A stretch of DNA of 47,455 bases from the NCBI GenBank assembly GCA_050331735.1, contig JBHJGN010000013.1, positions 1 through 47,455 on the forward strand, given 5' to 3'. The position numbers were made by a program, and so were the translations under genes. The stretch is from Cyanophyceae cyanobacterium (GTDB lineage Bacteria; Cyanobacteriota; Cyanobacteriia; Cyanobacteriales; JBHJGN01). Below the pieces are notes generated by a model, which had not been told where the DNA came from, did no database searches, and saw only the letters and a list, made by a program, of their open reading frames with translations. This document shows, in pieces, positions 28,499 through 41,000 of this stretch. How positions within the stretch are numbered: position 1 is the stretch's first letter; every line of letters begins with the position of its first letter.

Positions 28499-28683
28499 TC
28501 ATCGCAGGCAGGAAGATTACTTATGAAGACACTGTGCGTGTCCACTTCGGGTTGATAGCCTTCAGTTAAATTGTCGCACTCAATGTCAAACTTTGAAGAA
28601 CAATTCTTGTTGAGCGAGAGGACGACGCTCACGTTCTGCCGCCTGCCGGAGCCAACCGACTCGGCGGCTAACGCTTCTGCAAG

Positions 28684-30102
<1,419 letters not shown>

Positions 30103-30231
30103 CTAGTTCTCACTTACGGTCAACGTTCCTTATTATACTTTGCACTTTTTAACATTTCACAGTCATCTTCGAGAACTGACGCTTGCTGCTCGCCTGTAGC
30201 TGCCTTAAACTGCTGCTTTGAAACCCTTGAA

Positions 30232-30762
30232 CTAGCTAGAAGGAGCCATTCGTTTGCGCAGAGATTCAGCACGACGCTTAGCCGTCGTGTTGTCTGGCTC
30301 AAGCTGAAGCGCCTGTTCGTACACCGCTAACGCCTGAGCCGTGAGCTGCTTGCGCTCGTAAACGTTGCCCAAATTATTCAAGGCAACGACGTACTCAGAA
30401 TTTAGTTTCAGGGCTTCTCTATACTGACGAATGGCCAAATCGTATTGCTCCTGAGCAAAATAGCTATACCCTAGAGCGTTGTAGATTAAAGCTCGATTTT
30501 CTGGCTCTGCACCTTGACCTTCTTTCAAAGCCTTTTGCAGAAGGTTATTGGCCTGCACAAATAGCTTTTTATCTAAATAAAGGCTTGCTAGCTGATAATA
30601 CTCTTTAGCTGTCCCTTTCTCTTGCTTAAGCTTGTTCTGTAATTTTGAAAAAGTATTTTCTACACGGCGAGTCCGAAGCACCTGCCGGAAAATAAACACA
30701 GCCGTAGCGCTCAGTAAAACAAGCAGAACAGCAAGATAAACAATTGTCAGGTTTTCGCTCAT
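30232..30762 (-). CDS. ycf37: TPR protein, Ycf37-like
   Basis: N-terminal TM, TPRs (IYNALGYSYF, ALNNLGNVYE); near rplT-rpmI. Confidence 0.75.
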   Translation of the reverse strand: MSENLTIVYLAVLLVLLSATAVFIFRQVLRTRRVENTFSKLQNKLKQEKGTAKEYYQLASLYLDKKLFVQANNLLQKALKEGQGAEPENRALIYNALGYSYFAQEQYDLAIRQYREALKLNSEYVVALNNLGNVYERKQLTAQALAVYEQALQLEPDNTTAKRRAESLRKRMAPSS

Positions 30763-30769
30763 AACTTAT

Positions 30770-30895
30770 GACAGTAACCAGTGATCGGTGACCAGTGACC
30801 AGTTAGCGATCGCTTGCGCTCAGTGCTTGGCACAGTTACTGAGTCAGTCGCCGGTGACCAAACTAACGAGTTAATCGGGTCACTGGTCACTGTCT
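30770..30895. repeat. CAGTGAC heptamer (STRR-like) inverted repeat containing HIP1
   Basis: CAGTAAC-CAGTGAT-CGGTGAC-CAGTGAC ... GGTCACTGGTCACTGTC. Confidence 0.65.
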
Positions 30896-31720
30896 TTATG
30901 GTAGTCCCCAGTGGGCCGCTCGTTCGGCTAACCAGCCAGATTCTCGCCAGCGCTCGATCGCCTCGTTGATCTGCGTTCGTAATTCGACAAACTGCAATCC
31001 TTTGGGCATGACAACGCCGAGCGCTAACCCAGAAAGTCGTTCTGGCAGTAGTTGATAGGAGGGATACTCCTGCACCCAGCCTGCCAAAACGCTTATATCT
31101 CCGGCAAAAGCATCCGCTTGTTCATTTTCTAGCAGCGTGAGGGCTTCTTGATAAGAAGTCACCCCAACTAACTGAGCCGTCGATAACCGATACTTGAGGA
31201 CAGCAACGGTACTGGAGTCTTCCAAGACAGCAATTCTGCCAAGGGCTAAATCCCTGAAGCTCCCCCTTGAAGAATCTTTCGTCACTAAACCCGTGCCGTC
31301 AAGATAATAATAGGGGCTGAAGTCTACCAGGCGGGCGCGAGCTTCAGTAACCGTTACTTTGGCGATCGCAATATCGACTTGCCCATTCGTAACGACCTCT
31401 AAGCGTTCTTGATTAGCAACGGGCCGTAAATCGAGCGCTTTTGAATTTCCTAAAATTTCTTGCGCTAATCGTTCAGCGATATCAATTTCCAGTCCCTGGA
31501 GGTTGCCTTGGGTATCATAAAAAGCCAGCGGACGGATATTGTCTTTAACCGCAACAATCAGCTTTCCCCGCTGCTTAATTTCTGCTAATTCTGCCGCCTG
31601 CAATTCCGGCATTGAGATCAATGCGCATGAAATTGCTAAGACTGATCCTGAGATAACTTTTCCAGCGGCAGAATTGAACAGCTTTCGTAGCGAAAGCCAT
31701 TGAAACATTACTTTCCTCAT
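30896..31720 (-). CDS. Polar amino acid ABC transporter substrate-binding protein (SBP family 3)
   Basis: RGKLIVAVK, GLEIDIA, VTVTEARARLVDFS; start uncertain. Confidence 0.88.
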   Translation of the reverse strand: MRKVMFQWLSLRKLFNSAAGKVISGSVLAISCALISMPELQAAELAEIKQRGKLIVAVKDNIRPLAFYDTQGNLQGLEIDIAERLAQEILGNSKALDLRPVANQERLEVVTNGQVDIAIAKVTVTEARARLVDFSPYYYLDGTGLVTKDSSRGSFRDLALGRIAVLEDSSTVAVLKYRLSTAQLVGVTSYQEALTLLENEQADAFAGDISVLAGWVQEYPSYQLLPERLSGLALGVVMPKGLQFVELRTQINEAIERWRESGWLAERAAHWGLP

Positions 31721-31854
31721 CACCTTGACCCTTTGCTTGAACAACAGCAAAGGGATTCAGCCACAGATTGGTTCCTACTTAATGCCTCTGAAAACCGGGC
31801 TAGGATAAGCGAGGTCTTTCTCTTTTCCTTCCCTTTCTGCCTTACGCGAGAGTT

Positions 31855-32211
31855 CTAATCTTTAGCTTGATTGGCTAACTCAACGACTTTGCCAAAAGCT
31901 GCTGGATCGAGAACGGCGAGTTGCGCCAGCATCTTCCGGTTAAGTTCAATATTGGCCTTTTTGAGATTTCCCGTGAGCTGACTGTAGCTAACTCCGTGCT
32001 GACGCGCCGCCGCATTGACGCGGGTAATCCATAAGCGGCGAAAATCGCGCTTGCGGTTGCGGCGATCGCGGTAGGCATTCCGCAGTGCTTTCATGACCTG
32101 CTGGTTAGCGATGCGGAAAAGTTTGGAGTGAGAGCCGCGAAATCCTTTAGCCAGTTTAAGAATTTTTTTACGACGTTTGCGGGCCACGTTGCCCCGTTTA
32201 ACTCTTGCCAT
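31855..32211 (-). CDS. rplT: 50S ribosomal protein L20
   Basis: [28 protein letters not shown]. Confidence 0.99.
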   Translation of the reverse strand: MARVKRGNVARKRRKKILKLAKGFRGSHSKLFRIANQQVMKALRNAYRDRRNRKRDFRRLWITRVNAAARQHGVSYSQLTGNLKKANIELNRKMLAQLAVLDPAAFGKVVELANQAKD

Positions 32212-32307
32212 AGTAATTAATGATTCAGCTCAAAGTAAGGACTTTTATCTCAATTCAGGGGACTAAACGTTCACCCGGAACTTCTTCCAAGGGCTGCGTT
32301 TAGCAAG

Positions 32308-32508
32308 CTAAATGTAAGGGAGCATCCGACGAACGCTCTTTTCGTCTCGCTCACAGACCGTGCTCAATCCTGTTAAACGGCGCTTGCGTTCAGAAGATTT
32401 ATGCTGTAACAGGTGATTTTTAAAAGCTTTGCGGCGGAAAATTTTCTTGCCGCTGCCGGTAATCCGAAATCGCTTCGCCGCAGCACGGCGAGTTTTCATC
32501 TTAGGCAC
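32308..32508 (-). CDS. rpmI: 50S ribosomal protein L35
   Basis: [14 protein letters not shown]. Confidence 0.98.
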   Translation of the reverse strand: MPKMKTRRAAAKRFRITGSGKKIFRRKAFKNHLLQHKSSERKRRLTGLSTVCERDEKSVRRMLPYI

Positions 32509-32611
32509 AGTTGTTTTTCAAATTCGACACAATTTATAATCATACCACAAATAACTAGAAAGCCAAGGAATTTGCTCTCCCGCGAGGGGTCATCAAATCG
32601 GTTAGAAATTA

Positions 32612-32759
32612 TACCAATTAGAAAAAGTAATAGGAGACTTGATGAGTTGGGGGAAAGGGGAAGGGGTCAAGGGGAAAGGGAAGCACAGCAGCTCTTTGCC
32701 CTTGAACCTCCAATTGTTGCTTAGTTTGGGAACTATCTGACTACTTTCGGTAAATGGTA
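32612..32759 (+). mobile_element. MITE copy 2 (complete, 148 bp)
   Basis: Imperfect TIR TACCAATTAGAAAAAGTA / TACTTTCGGTAAATGGTA; TTA duplicated at 32609-32611 and 32760-32762. Confidence 0.88.
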
Positions 32760-32838
32760 TTAGCAGTCGAACAAACTACTTGTTCTTTCTGCCTGCTAAA
32801 CTAACGCCAGCTCAGGGCGCGAGAGCAAATAACCACCG

Positions 32839-34575
32839 CTAGGAAGAGAGTAACGCTCGGTCGCGTCCCTGTTCTTTTGCCTGATAGAGAGCTCGATCCG
32901 CCGCTGCGATCAGGTGAGACGGAGCCTCTTTGTAATCTGTCGTGCTAGCAACACCACAGCTCAGGGAAACGTACTGGCCGGCCTCCGAAGACTGATGCGG
33001 CATTTGGCGCGCTTTGACCTCAGCGCAGATTCTGCGAGCGATCCCAACGGCGACCTCTGCCTTTGTGTTTGGCAAAATGACCACGAATTCTTCTCCCCCG
33101 TAGCGAGCCACCAAATCGCTAGAGCGGGTGGCCTGACGAATGGCCTTAGCGACCTGCTGTAGGCACTCATCTCCGGCTTGATGACCGTAGGTGTCGTTAT
33201 AGCGTTTAAAAAAATCTACGTCACACAGAATGAGAGACAAATAGGGATGCTGGTGTTGATACCACTCGCGATGCAAATTCTGGTCGAAGTAGCGACGATT
33301 GGCAATGCCGGTTAAGCCATCAAGAGACGCTAATTTACCAAGCTGATAGTTTTTGTGGCCAGCGCTAGCCAGCGCAGAAACTAGCAGCACCAGCCCAGGC
33401 GTGGCCGTTGGCACCCACCACCCTAGCAGAAAACTGCCGTAGCTCATGCCCAGTAATGCTCCTCCTGGCAGCCCAATGCTGAGCAACAGCCATTTGATAA
33501 ATAACTCCACCTTCTGTTTAAGGGCAATTCCCGCTAACGACCAGCTCAGCGTCGCCCCGGCAAAAGACCAGCTTCCAATCCACAGCCACTCGATCGGAGC
33601 GCTCCAAACTCGCAGCAGAGGACGACCTTCCAAGGCGGCCCCGAGAAGCTGAGCGATCGCATTAGCATGAACTACAACCCCTGATACGCGTCGAGGACTG
33701 CCGTTGAGACTGCTGCTATAGGGAGTATAGAAGAAATCGTTGAGGCTCGGAGCCGTTGAGCCAATTAAGACAATGCGATCGCTCATTAGCTCTGGGGGAA
33801 TACGGTTAGCCAACACATCCGAGAGGGAGACCGTCGGAAACGTTTCAATCGGTCCCCGGTAGTTGAGCAAAATTTGATAGCCACCATCATCGGCTCGGAC
33901 GTAGCCGCCATCGTGGCTCAGAAAGGGAACGATAGTCGCCTGACCGAGGGTCAACTGCTGCCGCTGCCAAAAACGGGTTGATTTTTCCTGGAGAGTAATG
34001 TCCTGGTCTTCTAGATACTTGAGAGCCAGTTTCGCGGCCAGACCGAGTTTAACCTGTCCGTCTAGTTCTGCCGACAGCAGGCTCCGACGCACCTTGCCGT
34101 CCGCATCGAACAGAATATCGCTACTGGCGATCTGCTCCGGACCCAGCACCTCCGGCGGAGCGACCCGTTCTCCCACCGCCTTTTCCACGGCAATCAGATT
34201 CGGAGTCGACTGCAAGACCTTGACCAGCTCTTGATATCCTGGTTCCACTGGCAGATCTCGATAGAGATCTAGCCCAATCAGACGCGGCTGCTGAGCTTTA
34301 ATGGTTTTAAGAGCCTGAGCGAGGGTGCGGTCGGGAATGGGCCACTGCCCCACCTGCTTTAAATCTGCTTCGTCGATAGTCACTAGAACGATCCGCGTCT
34401 CCTGCGATGCTGCCGGACGTAGCCGAAACAGCAGATCCAACGCCATCCATTCCGGAAGCTGAAATAAGCCCATCAGGCTGCCGGCGATCGCTAAGCAGGT
34501 GGTTCCAGTGCCGACGATGAGCACTCCCTGCCAGCGCCCGAGCTGCTGCCGAAGGGTGCGCCACGCTTTGAGCAT
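32839..34575 (-). CDS. CHASE2-domain diguanylate cyclase
   Basis: CHASE2 (IVLVTIDE, GQWPIPD, IGLDLYRD, DGKVRR, GVVVHA), TMs, DGLTGIANRR, RSSD I-site, ARYGGEEF. Confidence 0.93.
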   Translation of the reverse strand: MLKAWRTLRQQLGRWQGVLIVGTGTTCLAIAGSLMGLFQLPEWMALDLLFRLRPAASQETRIVLVTIDEADLKQVGQWPIPDRTLAQALKTIKAQQPRLIGLDLYRDLPVEPGYQELVKVLQSTPNLIAVEKAVGERVAPPEVLGPEQIASSDILFDADGKVRRSLLSAELDGQVKLGLAAKLALKYLEDQDITLQEKSTRFWQRQQLTLGQATIVPFLSHDGGYVRADDGGYQILLNYRGPIETFPTVSLSDVLANRIPPELMSDRIVLIGSTAPSLNDFFYTPYSSSLNGSPRRVSGVVVHANAIAQLLGAALEGRPLLRVWSAPIEWLWIGSWSFAGATLSWSLAGIALKQKVELFIKWLLLSIGLPGGALLGMSYGSFLLGWWVPTATPGLVLLVSALASAGHKNYQLGKLASLDGLTGIANRRYFDQNLHREWYQHQHPYLSLILCDVDFFKRYNDTYGHQAGDECLQQVAKAIRQATRSSDLVARYGGEEFVVILPNTKAEVAVGIARRICAEVKARQMPHQSSEAGQYVSLSCGVASTTDYKEAPSHLIAAADRALYQAKEQGRDRALLSS

Positions 34576-34610
34576 TGTCCTGATTCCCTAGAAATAGAGC
34601 TTTGATCGAG

Positions 34611-35342
34611 TTAGAGGGGCTGCCTAGCGCGGCTGGCTTCCCGCTTCAGTGAAATGTCTATGAGTGGCTGAGAGGCGATCGCCTCTAGCCCCACCGACGA
34701 CAGGACCGCTTCCCAAGAAGCGGCAATATCTGGGTTATCCGGCTGCGATCGCCGTAACTCGGCGAGGGTCACCAGAGTTTCGTGCCAAATGCCGGCCTGA
34801 CCGTATAGAGTGGCCTGCTCTAGGGGGGTCGCGCCCTGGAGCTGAGCAGCCAGAGCTGCTTCCGGTTCAATTCTCTGGACGTATCCCTCGACGAAAGGAC
34901 TGTCGGGCCTCAGAGTGCCGTCACACATGACGACAAAATACCAGCGGTAGTTTTTGCCCACGGCGAGCGACACTGATTCAGGCAGCTCGATGCTGAGGAT
35001 ACCGGGCTGGCTGAGAGGAATGACGGTTTGATAGTGACTCATTCCTTGCTCGTCCTGGAGGCTGAAGAACGCTTTTGGGGCAGCCGTCGGCGGAACGTAA
35101 ACAAAAAAAGTGGGATGAGCCGCCACCGTCAATCCCTGCTGATCGACCGGAATCAGCGGCATGACGTTGGCTCGAAAATGCTCCAGGTTTTGGGAACAGT
35201 CGCTTCCCCGAGAGGCTCCTCCGGTGGTCTGCATGGGTTGACCCGATTTAGGAGGCTCAAAGGTCACTTGAGCCGTTTGAGCGTGAGTGGCCCCGATCCC
35301 CAGGGAGAGGGCGGCCAACAAGATTGATAGTTGCTGATTCAT
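34611..35342 (-). CDS. DUF928 family exported protein
   Basis: Signal peptide, TGGASRG, LTVAAHPTFFVYVP, YRWYF, GIWHETL, LSSVGL. Confidence 0.88.
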   Translation of the reverse strand: MNQQLSILLAALSLGIGATHAQTAQVTFEPPKSGQPMQTTGGASRGSDCSQNLEHFRANVMPLIPVDQQGLTVAAHPTFFVYVPPTAAPKAFFSLQDEQGMSHYQTVIPLSQPGILSIELPESVSLAVGKNYRWYFVVMCDGTLRPDSPFVEGYVQRIEPEAALAAQLQGATPLEQATLYGQAGIWHETLVTLAELRRSQPDNPDIAASWEAVLSSVGLEAIASQPLIDISLKREASRARQPL

Positions 35343-35560
35343 CAGGATAACTCCTTTAGCTGTGTGAAAATAAATCTAGAGCTGTTAGCTATTCGCATAA
35401 GTCGTTTGCTTTTTCCTCCGCGTCTTGTCTCCGTTTTAAACTGATTTGTGCCGTCCTCCTTAGAAACCATCAAAAGCAACGACGCGGTTGAAGAGCCGGA
35501 GACACTGGGCAGTAGTTAGATGAGCCATCAACCGTTAACCATCAACAAAATTCCCAACGA

Positions 35561-38029
35561 CTATCGCCAGTTGCCGATCAAGACAAAGGAAGACCAGTAG
35601 AAGGGATGCTGATACCGAGAAGAGCGAATGAAAGCAATTTGTGCCCGACGCAGGGCTTCTGCTTTCGTTACTTGCGGCTGGCTCAGCGCCTGGTAAAACT
35701 GAGTCATGAACTCAGCCGTCGAGGCATCGTTGACTGACCACAGGGTAGCAAGGGTGCTACGCGCTCCAGAACGGACAGCAATTCCCGCCAGTCCGAGGGC
35801 CGCTCGACGGTCCCCCGCTGCTGTTTGACAGGCACTCAGCACCAGCAATTCAATGGGGGTTGTGTGCTGCTGTCTCTTACTGAGTAACGTTTCAAATTCC
35901 TTTACCCCCACTCGCTCGTTCCAAGTCAGAATAAAGGTTTCCTGAGGATCGGAACTAAACTGGCCGTGAGTGGCTAAATGAACAATTTGAGCCGCAGAAT
36001 TCTCAACGGCTGTTTGCAGATTCGCGCTGGTAAATTCCTGATTGAGCAAAAGCTGAGCGGAAAACCGCGCCGAGATTTGCTCGATTTCGGTTTCTACAGC
36101 AGGCAGCGCTGAGAACCCTTGATTTTGCTGGCTAACTCCTGCCAAGACGGTCTCTAGCTCTTGGTTGTTGGCCGCTTGAGAGGCGAGGAGCTGCAAACCA
36201 GGAGTTAAGGCAATGCTATACTTCTCGATTAAATATTGCTGCCCGTCGTAGAGGGCGGCGGTGGGCAAATTGCGCAGAGAACTATCGAGAACGAAGACGA
36301 GAGTTTCAATTTGAGTCAGGTCTGCTTCTGCTGGACGAATCAGCCAGTCGTATACCTGTTGCGACAGCCGCAGACGTTCTTGGGTAGAAAAGGCGGGATT
36401 GAAAGATTGAAAAAGCTGCTTAAAAACACTCTCTAGCTGCTCCTGCGAGAGCTGAGTCGCATAGTAGCGCAGCGGTTGACCCGGTACAGACATAATGACG
36501 GCCAGACGATCGCGGAGCACGATCGGGTAAATGACGGCAGCGGTGTCGTCCACCGCCTCGAGGGGCTGGGGTTGAACATCTAAACAGGCTTCCTGAAAGA
36601 AATTGTCGAGTTCAGCCACCTGAAGGGATTCAATCACTTCGCGGGCCTGCTGGAGGTGAGCTGGCGTTGGTTGGTGCAGCAGCAGCCGTACGAGCTCGCG
36701 GTAAACGGGTTCGACGCTGTCTCGAAATGAAAACTGCACGTCCGGAACGGCTACTAAATCACTCCGGAGAGACTGGAGGGTATCAACGGCGGCGGTATAG
36801 GCAGCGATCGCTCCTGGCACATCTCCCTGAGCAACGAGCAAGCGCCCTTCCTGCCACTGCCACTGATAGGCAATATCTCCAGCCTGAATGCTGAAAGCGA
36901 GCGCTTTAGCTTGCTGGGTCAGCTTTTGGGCTTGGGACCACTGCTGCTGCTGTTCGTGCCAAAAGCCCAGAGTTCCCAGCACATAGGATTGCGATTTGGG
37001 GTCGTGGAGCAACGTAGCCTGCTCGAGGGCCGTATGAAGCAAAGCCGCAGGGTCTTTAGATGCCGATTCCAGTTCAATGAGCTGTTTAGCTAAGTTAACC
37101 TGAGCGTAAATAGCTGCTCGACTGGGAGGAAGCTGAGCAACGTTCGTTTTCATCTCGGGCAGGAGAGCGATCGCGGCTGGCCGTTGCTGGGTCTCGACTA
37201 GAAGGCCAAACAAATTAACTTGTGCTGCTAGCCGAGCGAGCGGAGTCGTGGCCGAGGCGATCGCCTGTTGATAGAACTCTTCAGCCGCCTGCCAATCCTG
37301 CTGGAAGCGGGCGGTGTTGCCTAAATTCAGCAGCGTGGCGCTGCGTTCCTGGGAGCTGAGCGTCTGCGTTAAGGCGAGACTCTGCTGGAGCACCTCCTGC
37401 GCCTGAGAGGAATTGCCCAAGGCCTGGAGCGTTACTCCGAGGTTTTGCAGGCCGATGGCTCGCAGCCGAGGGTCGGGTTCTGCCGCGAGCTGTTTGTGGA
37501 CCACCTCCAACAGCCGCCGGGCTCGACGATACATCCCTAAAGCCTGTAAGGCCCGTGCCTGGTTAATCCGACTCCCCAGCACCCCGGTTCGATCTTGAGC
37601 TTGGGCATAGAAAGACTCCGCCCGTTGCCAGGTTTGAAAGGCCTCCTCTGCCTGTCCGAGAGCAAGCTGAAGTTTCCCCTGGGTCGTGAGCACTTGAGGA
37701 TACGCCGCTCCCGCTCCTCGATCGACAAGCTGAAGACTCTGGGCGATCGCCTGCTGCGCCTGGTCCCAGCGCCCCAACTCCTGCGCCGCTAGCGACAGAT
37801 AGCTCAAGCTGAGCGCTTGCCTGAGCGGATCGTTGTCGAACTGATGCTGCTCGGCGGCCCGTTGCCAAGCCGTCGCCGCCTCCGCAAATCGTCCGGCCTC
37901 GTAAAGAGTTTTGCCGTGTTCTAAAGTCGATAAGGAACCGACTGGCTGCAAGAGCGCTTCTTGAGCTGTCACCTCTACGACTACGGAAGCAGCCAGCATC
38001 AAAGAGAGCAAGAGGCTGGGAACCAACAT
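35561..38029 (-). CDS. TPR + CHAT (caspase-like) protease with N-terminal signal peptide
   Basis: TPRs, catalytic HLATHG and LVLSACQT, ATLWSVND, HPFYWSSF. Confidence 0.93.
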   Translation of the reverse strand: MLVPSLLLSLMLAASVVVEVTAQEALLQPVGSLSTLEHGKTLYEAGRFAEAATAWQRAAEQHQFDNDPLRQALSLSYLSLAAQELGRWDQAQQAIAQSLQLVDRGAGAAYPQVLTTQGKLQLALGQAEEAFQTWQRAESFYAQAQDRTGVLGSRINQARALQALGMYRRARRLLEVVHKQLAAEPDPRLRAIGLQNLGVTLQALGNSSQAQEVLQQSLALTQTLSSQERSATLLNLGNTARFQQDWQAAEEFYQQAIASATTPLARLAAQVNLFGLLVETQQRPAAIALLPEMKTNVAQLPPSRAAIYAQVNLAKQLIELESASKDPAALLHTALEQATLLHDPKSQSYVLGTLGFWHEQQQQWSQAQKLTQQAKALAFSIQAGDIAYQWQWQEGRLLVAQGDVPGAIAAYTAAVDTLQSLRSDLVAVPDVQFSFRDSVEPVYRELVRLLLHQPTPAHLQQAREVIESLQVAELDNFFQEACLDVQPQPLEAVDDTAAVIYPIVLRDRLAVIMSVPGQPLRYYATQLSQEQLESVFKQLFQSFNPAFSTQERLRLSQQVYDWLIRPAEADLTQIETLVFVLDSSLRNLPTAALYDGQQYLIEKYSIALTPGLQLLASQAANNQELETVLAGVSQQNQGFSALPAVETEIEQISARFSAQLLLNQEFTSANLQTAVENSAAQIVHLATHGQFSSDPQETFILTWNERVGVKEFETLLSKRQQHTTPIELLVLSACQTAAGDRRAALGLAGIAVRSGARSTLATLWSVNDASTAEFMTQFYQALSQPQVTKAEALRRAQIAFIRSSRYQHPFYWSSFVLIGNWR

Positions 38030-38034
38030 GGCAT

Positions 38035-41000
38035 TTACATCCTACAGCTTGCCGTCTTGAACTGGGGTTGGGCCGTTGTCGGTACAGTCGCCAACAGCTC
38101 CATATTTCCCCTTGCGTTGATCGTCCATCCTTGCGCCTCGATGAGGGAAGCCGATGGATTTTGGTCCGGCCTGTCTTCATCTCGAGAAGCAAAGCGCTCA
38201 GACAGACTAGTAGCCCCATCGAGCGATCGCCAATCGAGCCATACCGACTGCCCCCGCAGTTGAGTTGGGGTTTCGGGCAATCCACCTCTGCCTGTGATCA
38301 CAAAGGAATTCTCTGCCGCTGCACATCTTGTCGTAATCAATGCTGCTAGATTAACGGGAGATTCTGGGAGTTCTACTAATCCTGATTCCGCCTCTACTTC
38401 CGGGTTGTTGATCTCTACGACTCCATCAACGCCCAGTTGAGAACTCGCGCTTATAGCACTGTCGGGGGAGAGAAACAGACCTTGCGTGTTGATATTAACG
38501 TTGCCACCCAGACCTTCAAAAGTGTTGGCAGTAATGGCACTTTCTTCAAAAACAGCAGTAAAATCAACATCAATCGAGATGTTGCCGCCATTTCCCGTTC
38601 CTCCTGCTTCAGCCGTCACCTGGCTTCCATTGCGGAGCTGTAGTAAGTCCTGCACGTTTAGAAGAATATTACCCCCCTGACCAAAGGCGGTGGCAGCGGT
38701 AATGCTGCCGCCTCGATCCAGCAGCACCGACTCTGCATTAACCATCAGAGTTCCTGCATCGCCAGTACCGGGATGCTGAACCGTGATGTTGCCCCCGTCA
38801 GTGACGGTGAGGCTATCGGTGTTAATGATTAACTCTCCCGTGTCTCCCGTCGGCACAGGTGGCAAAGCGAGCGCTTCACGAACCACCTCACTCAGAATTA
38901 GGGCATTGGCAGAAATGGAGGCGGGAGCACCGGTAGCATCGGTTCCGCTCACTAAAATATCATCGGCATTGAGCGTGAGCTTGCCCGCATCTCCTGTCGC
39001 GCTGGTAGAGGAGCTAATCTGCCCGCCATCACGGACGACTAATTGAGAAGTATTAACCAGAGTATTACCGACGTTGCCAAAGCCAAAGGACGATGTTCCC
39101 AACAAGCTAGGAGTAGCAATGAAGGGAGCAGAGCCATTTATGACAATTGTCTCAGCATTAACGGTAACATCGCCTCCGTTGCCAGTTCCGGTTCCAGGAA
39201 AAGGTTCTCCAAGAGCAGAAATTCCCAGCGCTGCTGCTGATGTTATGTATCCTCCATCTTCAAGAAGTAATTGAGGAGTTGACACAGACACGTCGCCAGC
39301 ATTTCCAGACCCGAAGGCCAAGCTGCCCAAGCTACTAATGTTAAATGAGGGGCTAATGCCAACTATCTCGACTGATTCAGTAGCATTCACGCCAACATGA
39401 CCCGCGTTTCCCGTTCCAGCTCCAGGCACTAAATTTGTGATTCCAAAATCAGTGAGAGTTGATGATGAAAAAGAGGAAATCCCTGCTCCATCTCGAATTT
39501 TTAATCGGCCAGTGGATAAGCTAACATTTCCGCCATCGCGAGGACCGACGGTAATAGTGCCAATTACCCCTCCTTGAAGCACTGAGGTTGATGCGGTTGC
39601 CACAACCGTAACAGCTTTACTTTCGCCCGTCCCCAGCACGAGCGAACCAACAACTGCCCCATCTTGAACGTTGAGATGCTGTGTTGTCACTCTGACTGCC
39701 CCAGACGCTCCAGCCCCTAGGCTTTGACTAGCGATCAAGCTGCTTAAAGCGACAGTTGGTGCTAAGAAATTAGCGCCGATAGCAGAGATCGTATCCGAAA
39801 CGTTAACGTTGATATTTCCTCCCGGTCCCGTTGCCGTTGGCCCTGCTTGCGTCCCAATCTGCCCGCCGTTGAGGAGAGTAAGCTGATTGGCTGAGACTTC
39901 TACATCTCCGGCTGCTCCGGTACTAAAATTAGCGCTAGCAATGCGGCTATTGGGTGGATTTCCGGGCTGGAAAAAATTGTCTACAAAAGGAGTAAATCCA
40001 GTAATTAAAACTGAGTCGGCAGCGACCGTGACTTTTCCGGCCTTCCCCTCGCCAAAGCTGAGAGTATAGAGCCTACCACCATCTTGCAGAGATAGCCGGG
40101 GAGTTGTGACGCGAATTTGCCCGCCATTGCCGCTCGTTCCCTCATTCACGATCGTCGTCACCACTGAACTAAAGGGAAACACCGCCTCATTCGCGCCCTC
40201 TACACTCACTGATTCAGTCGCGCTGAGGGTAATATCTCCTCCGGTTCCCTGATTTAGGGTCACTGACCCAATCTGCGAGTTATCGAGGATGATGTTGGCT
40301 CCGGTGAGGTGAATTCCTCCCTCTGGGTTCGGGCTAAAGTTAGGGTTAGCCAGCAGGGAGCGATCGCTCAAGCGAATATTCCCAAATTGCGCGACTTCCT
40401 CGTATCCCCACTGCCACCCGATCGCTGTGGAGGCAAAATCAACGTTTCCTTGGGCAACTCCAGCTAGTTCAAGCGTACCATCAGGAACAGTTGCTACGCC
40501 CCCATCAAAAGCAATCTCGCCTCCAATCAGGGCGAGGGTGCGATTGGGAGCAGCGGTAAGTCCCAAGTTGGGCGATTCATTGAGGGCAAAAGCTCCTTGA
40601 CTGCCGTTTCCCTGAACCTGAATTGCTCCCGGTGCTTGTCCCATCTGTAAGCCGATCGGAGCCTTAATGGTGAGTAGCGGCGCGTCTGTCGGGCTAGCGC
40701 TGAAGTTCTGGTCATCTTCGAAGAGGATGCTTTCTGCTGTACTGCCCACAAAAGATCCACCGATGGCCAGTTGAGCATTTGGACCAAAAATAATGCCGTT
40801 GGGGTTGATAAAGAATACATTGGCGCTTCCGTTCGCACCGAGTAAGCCATCAATCGTGGACAGGTTGTTCCCCGTGACGCGGGTAATAATATTTTTAATT
40901 TTCGTCCCGTTGTTAAACCAGGCAGCAGTGCCCGTCGGCACAGAAAACTCGTCAAAGCTATGATACAGGTTGCTGTCAGCTTCTGTCCCGCCATCGATCA

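Noticed and set aside
32413..32724. 103-aa ORF
   Set aside because: Composite of antisense rpmI, its promoter and MITE sequence
37563..38285. 240-aa alternative-frame ORF across the tpsA/CHAT junction
   Set aside because: Arg/Ser/Gly-rich shadow frame fully overlapping two well-supported genes
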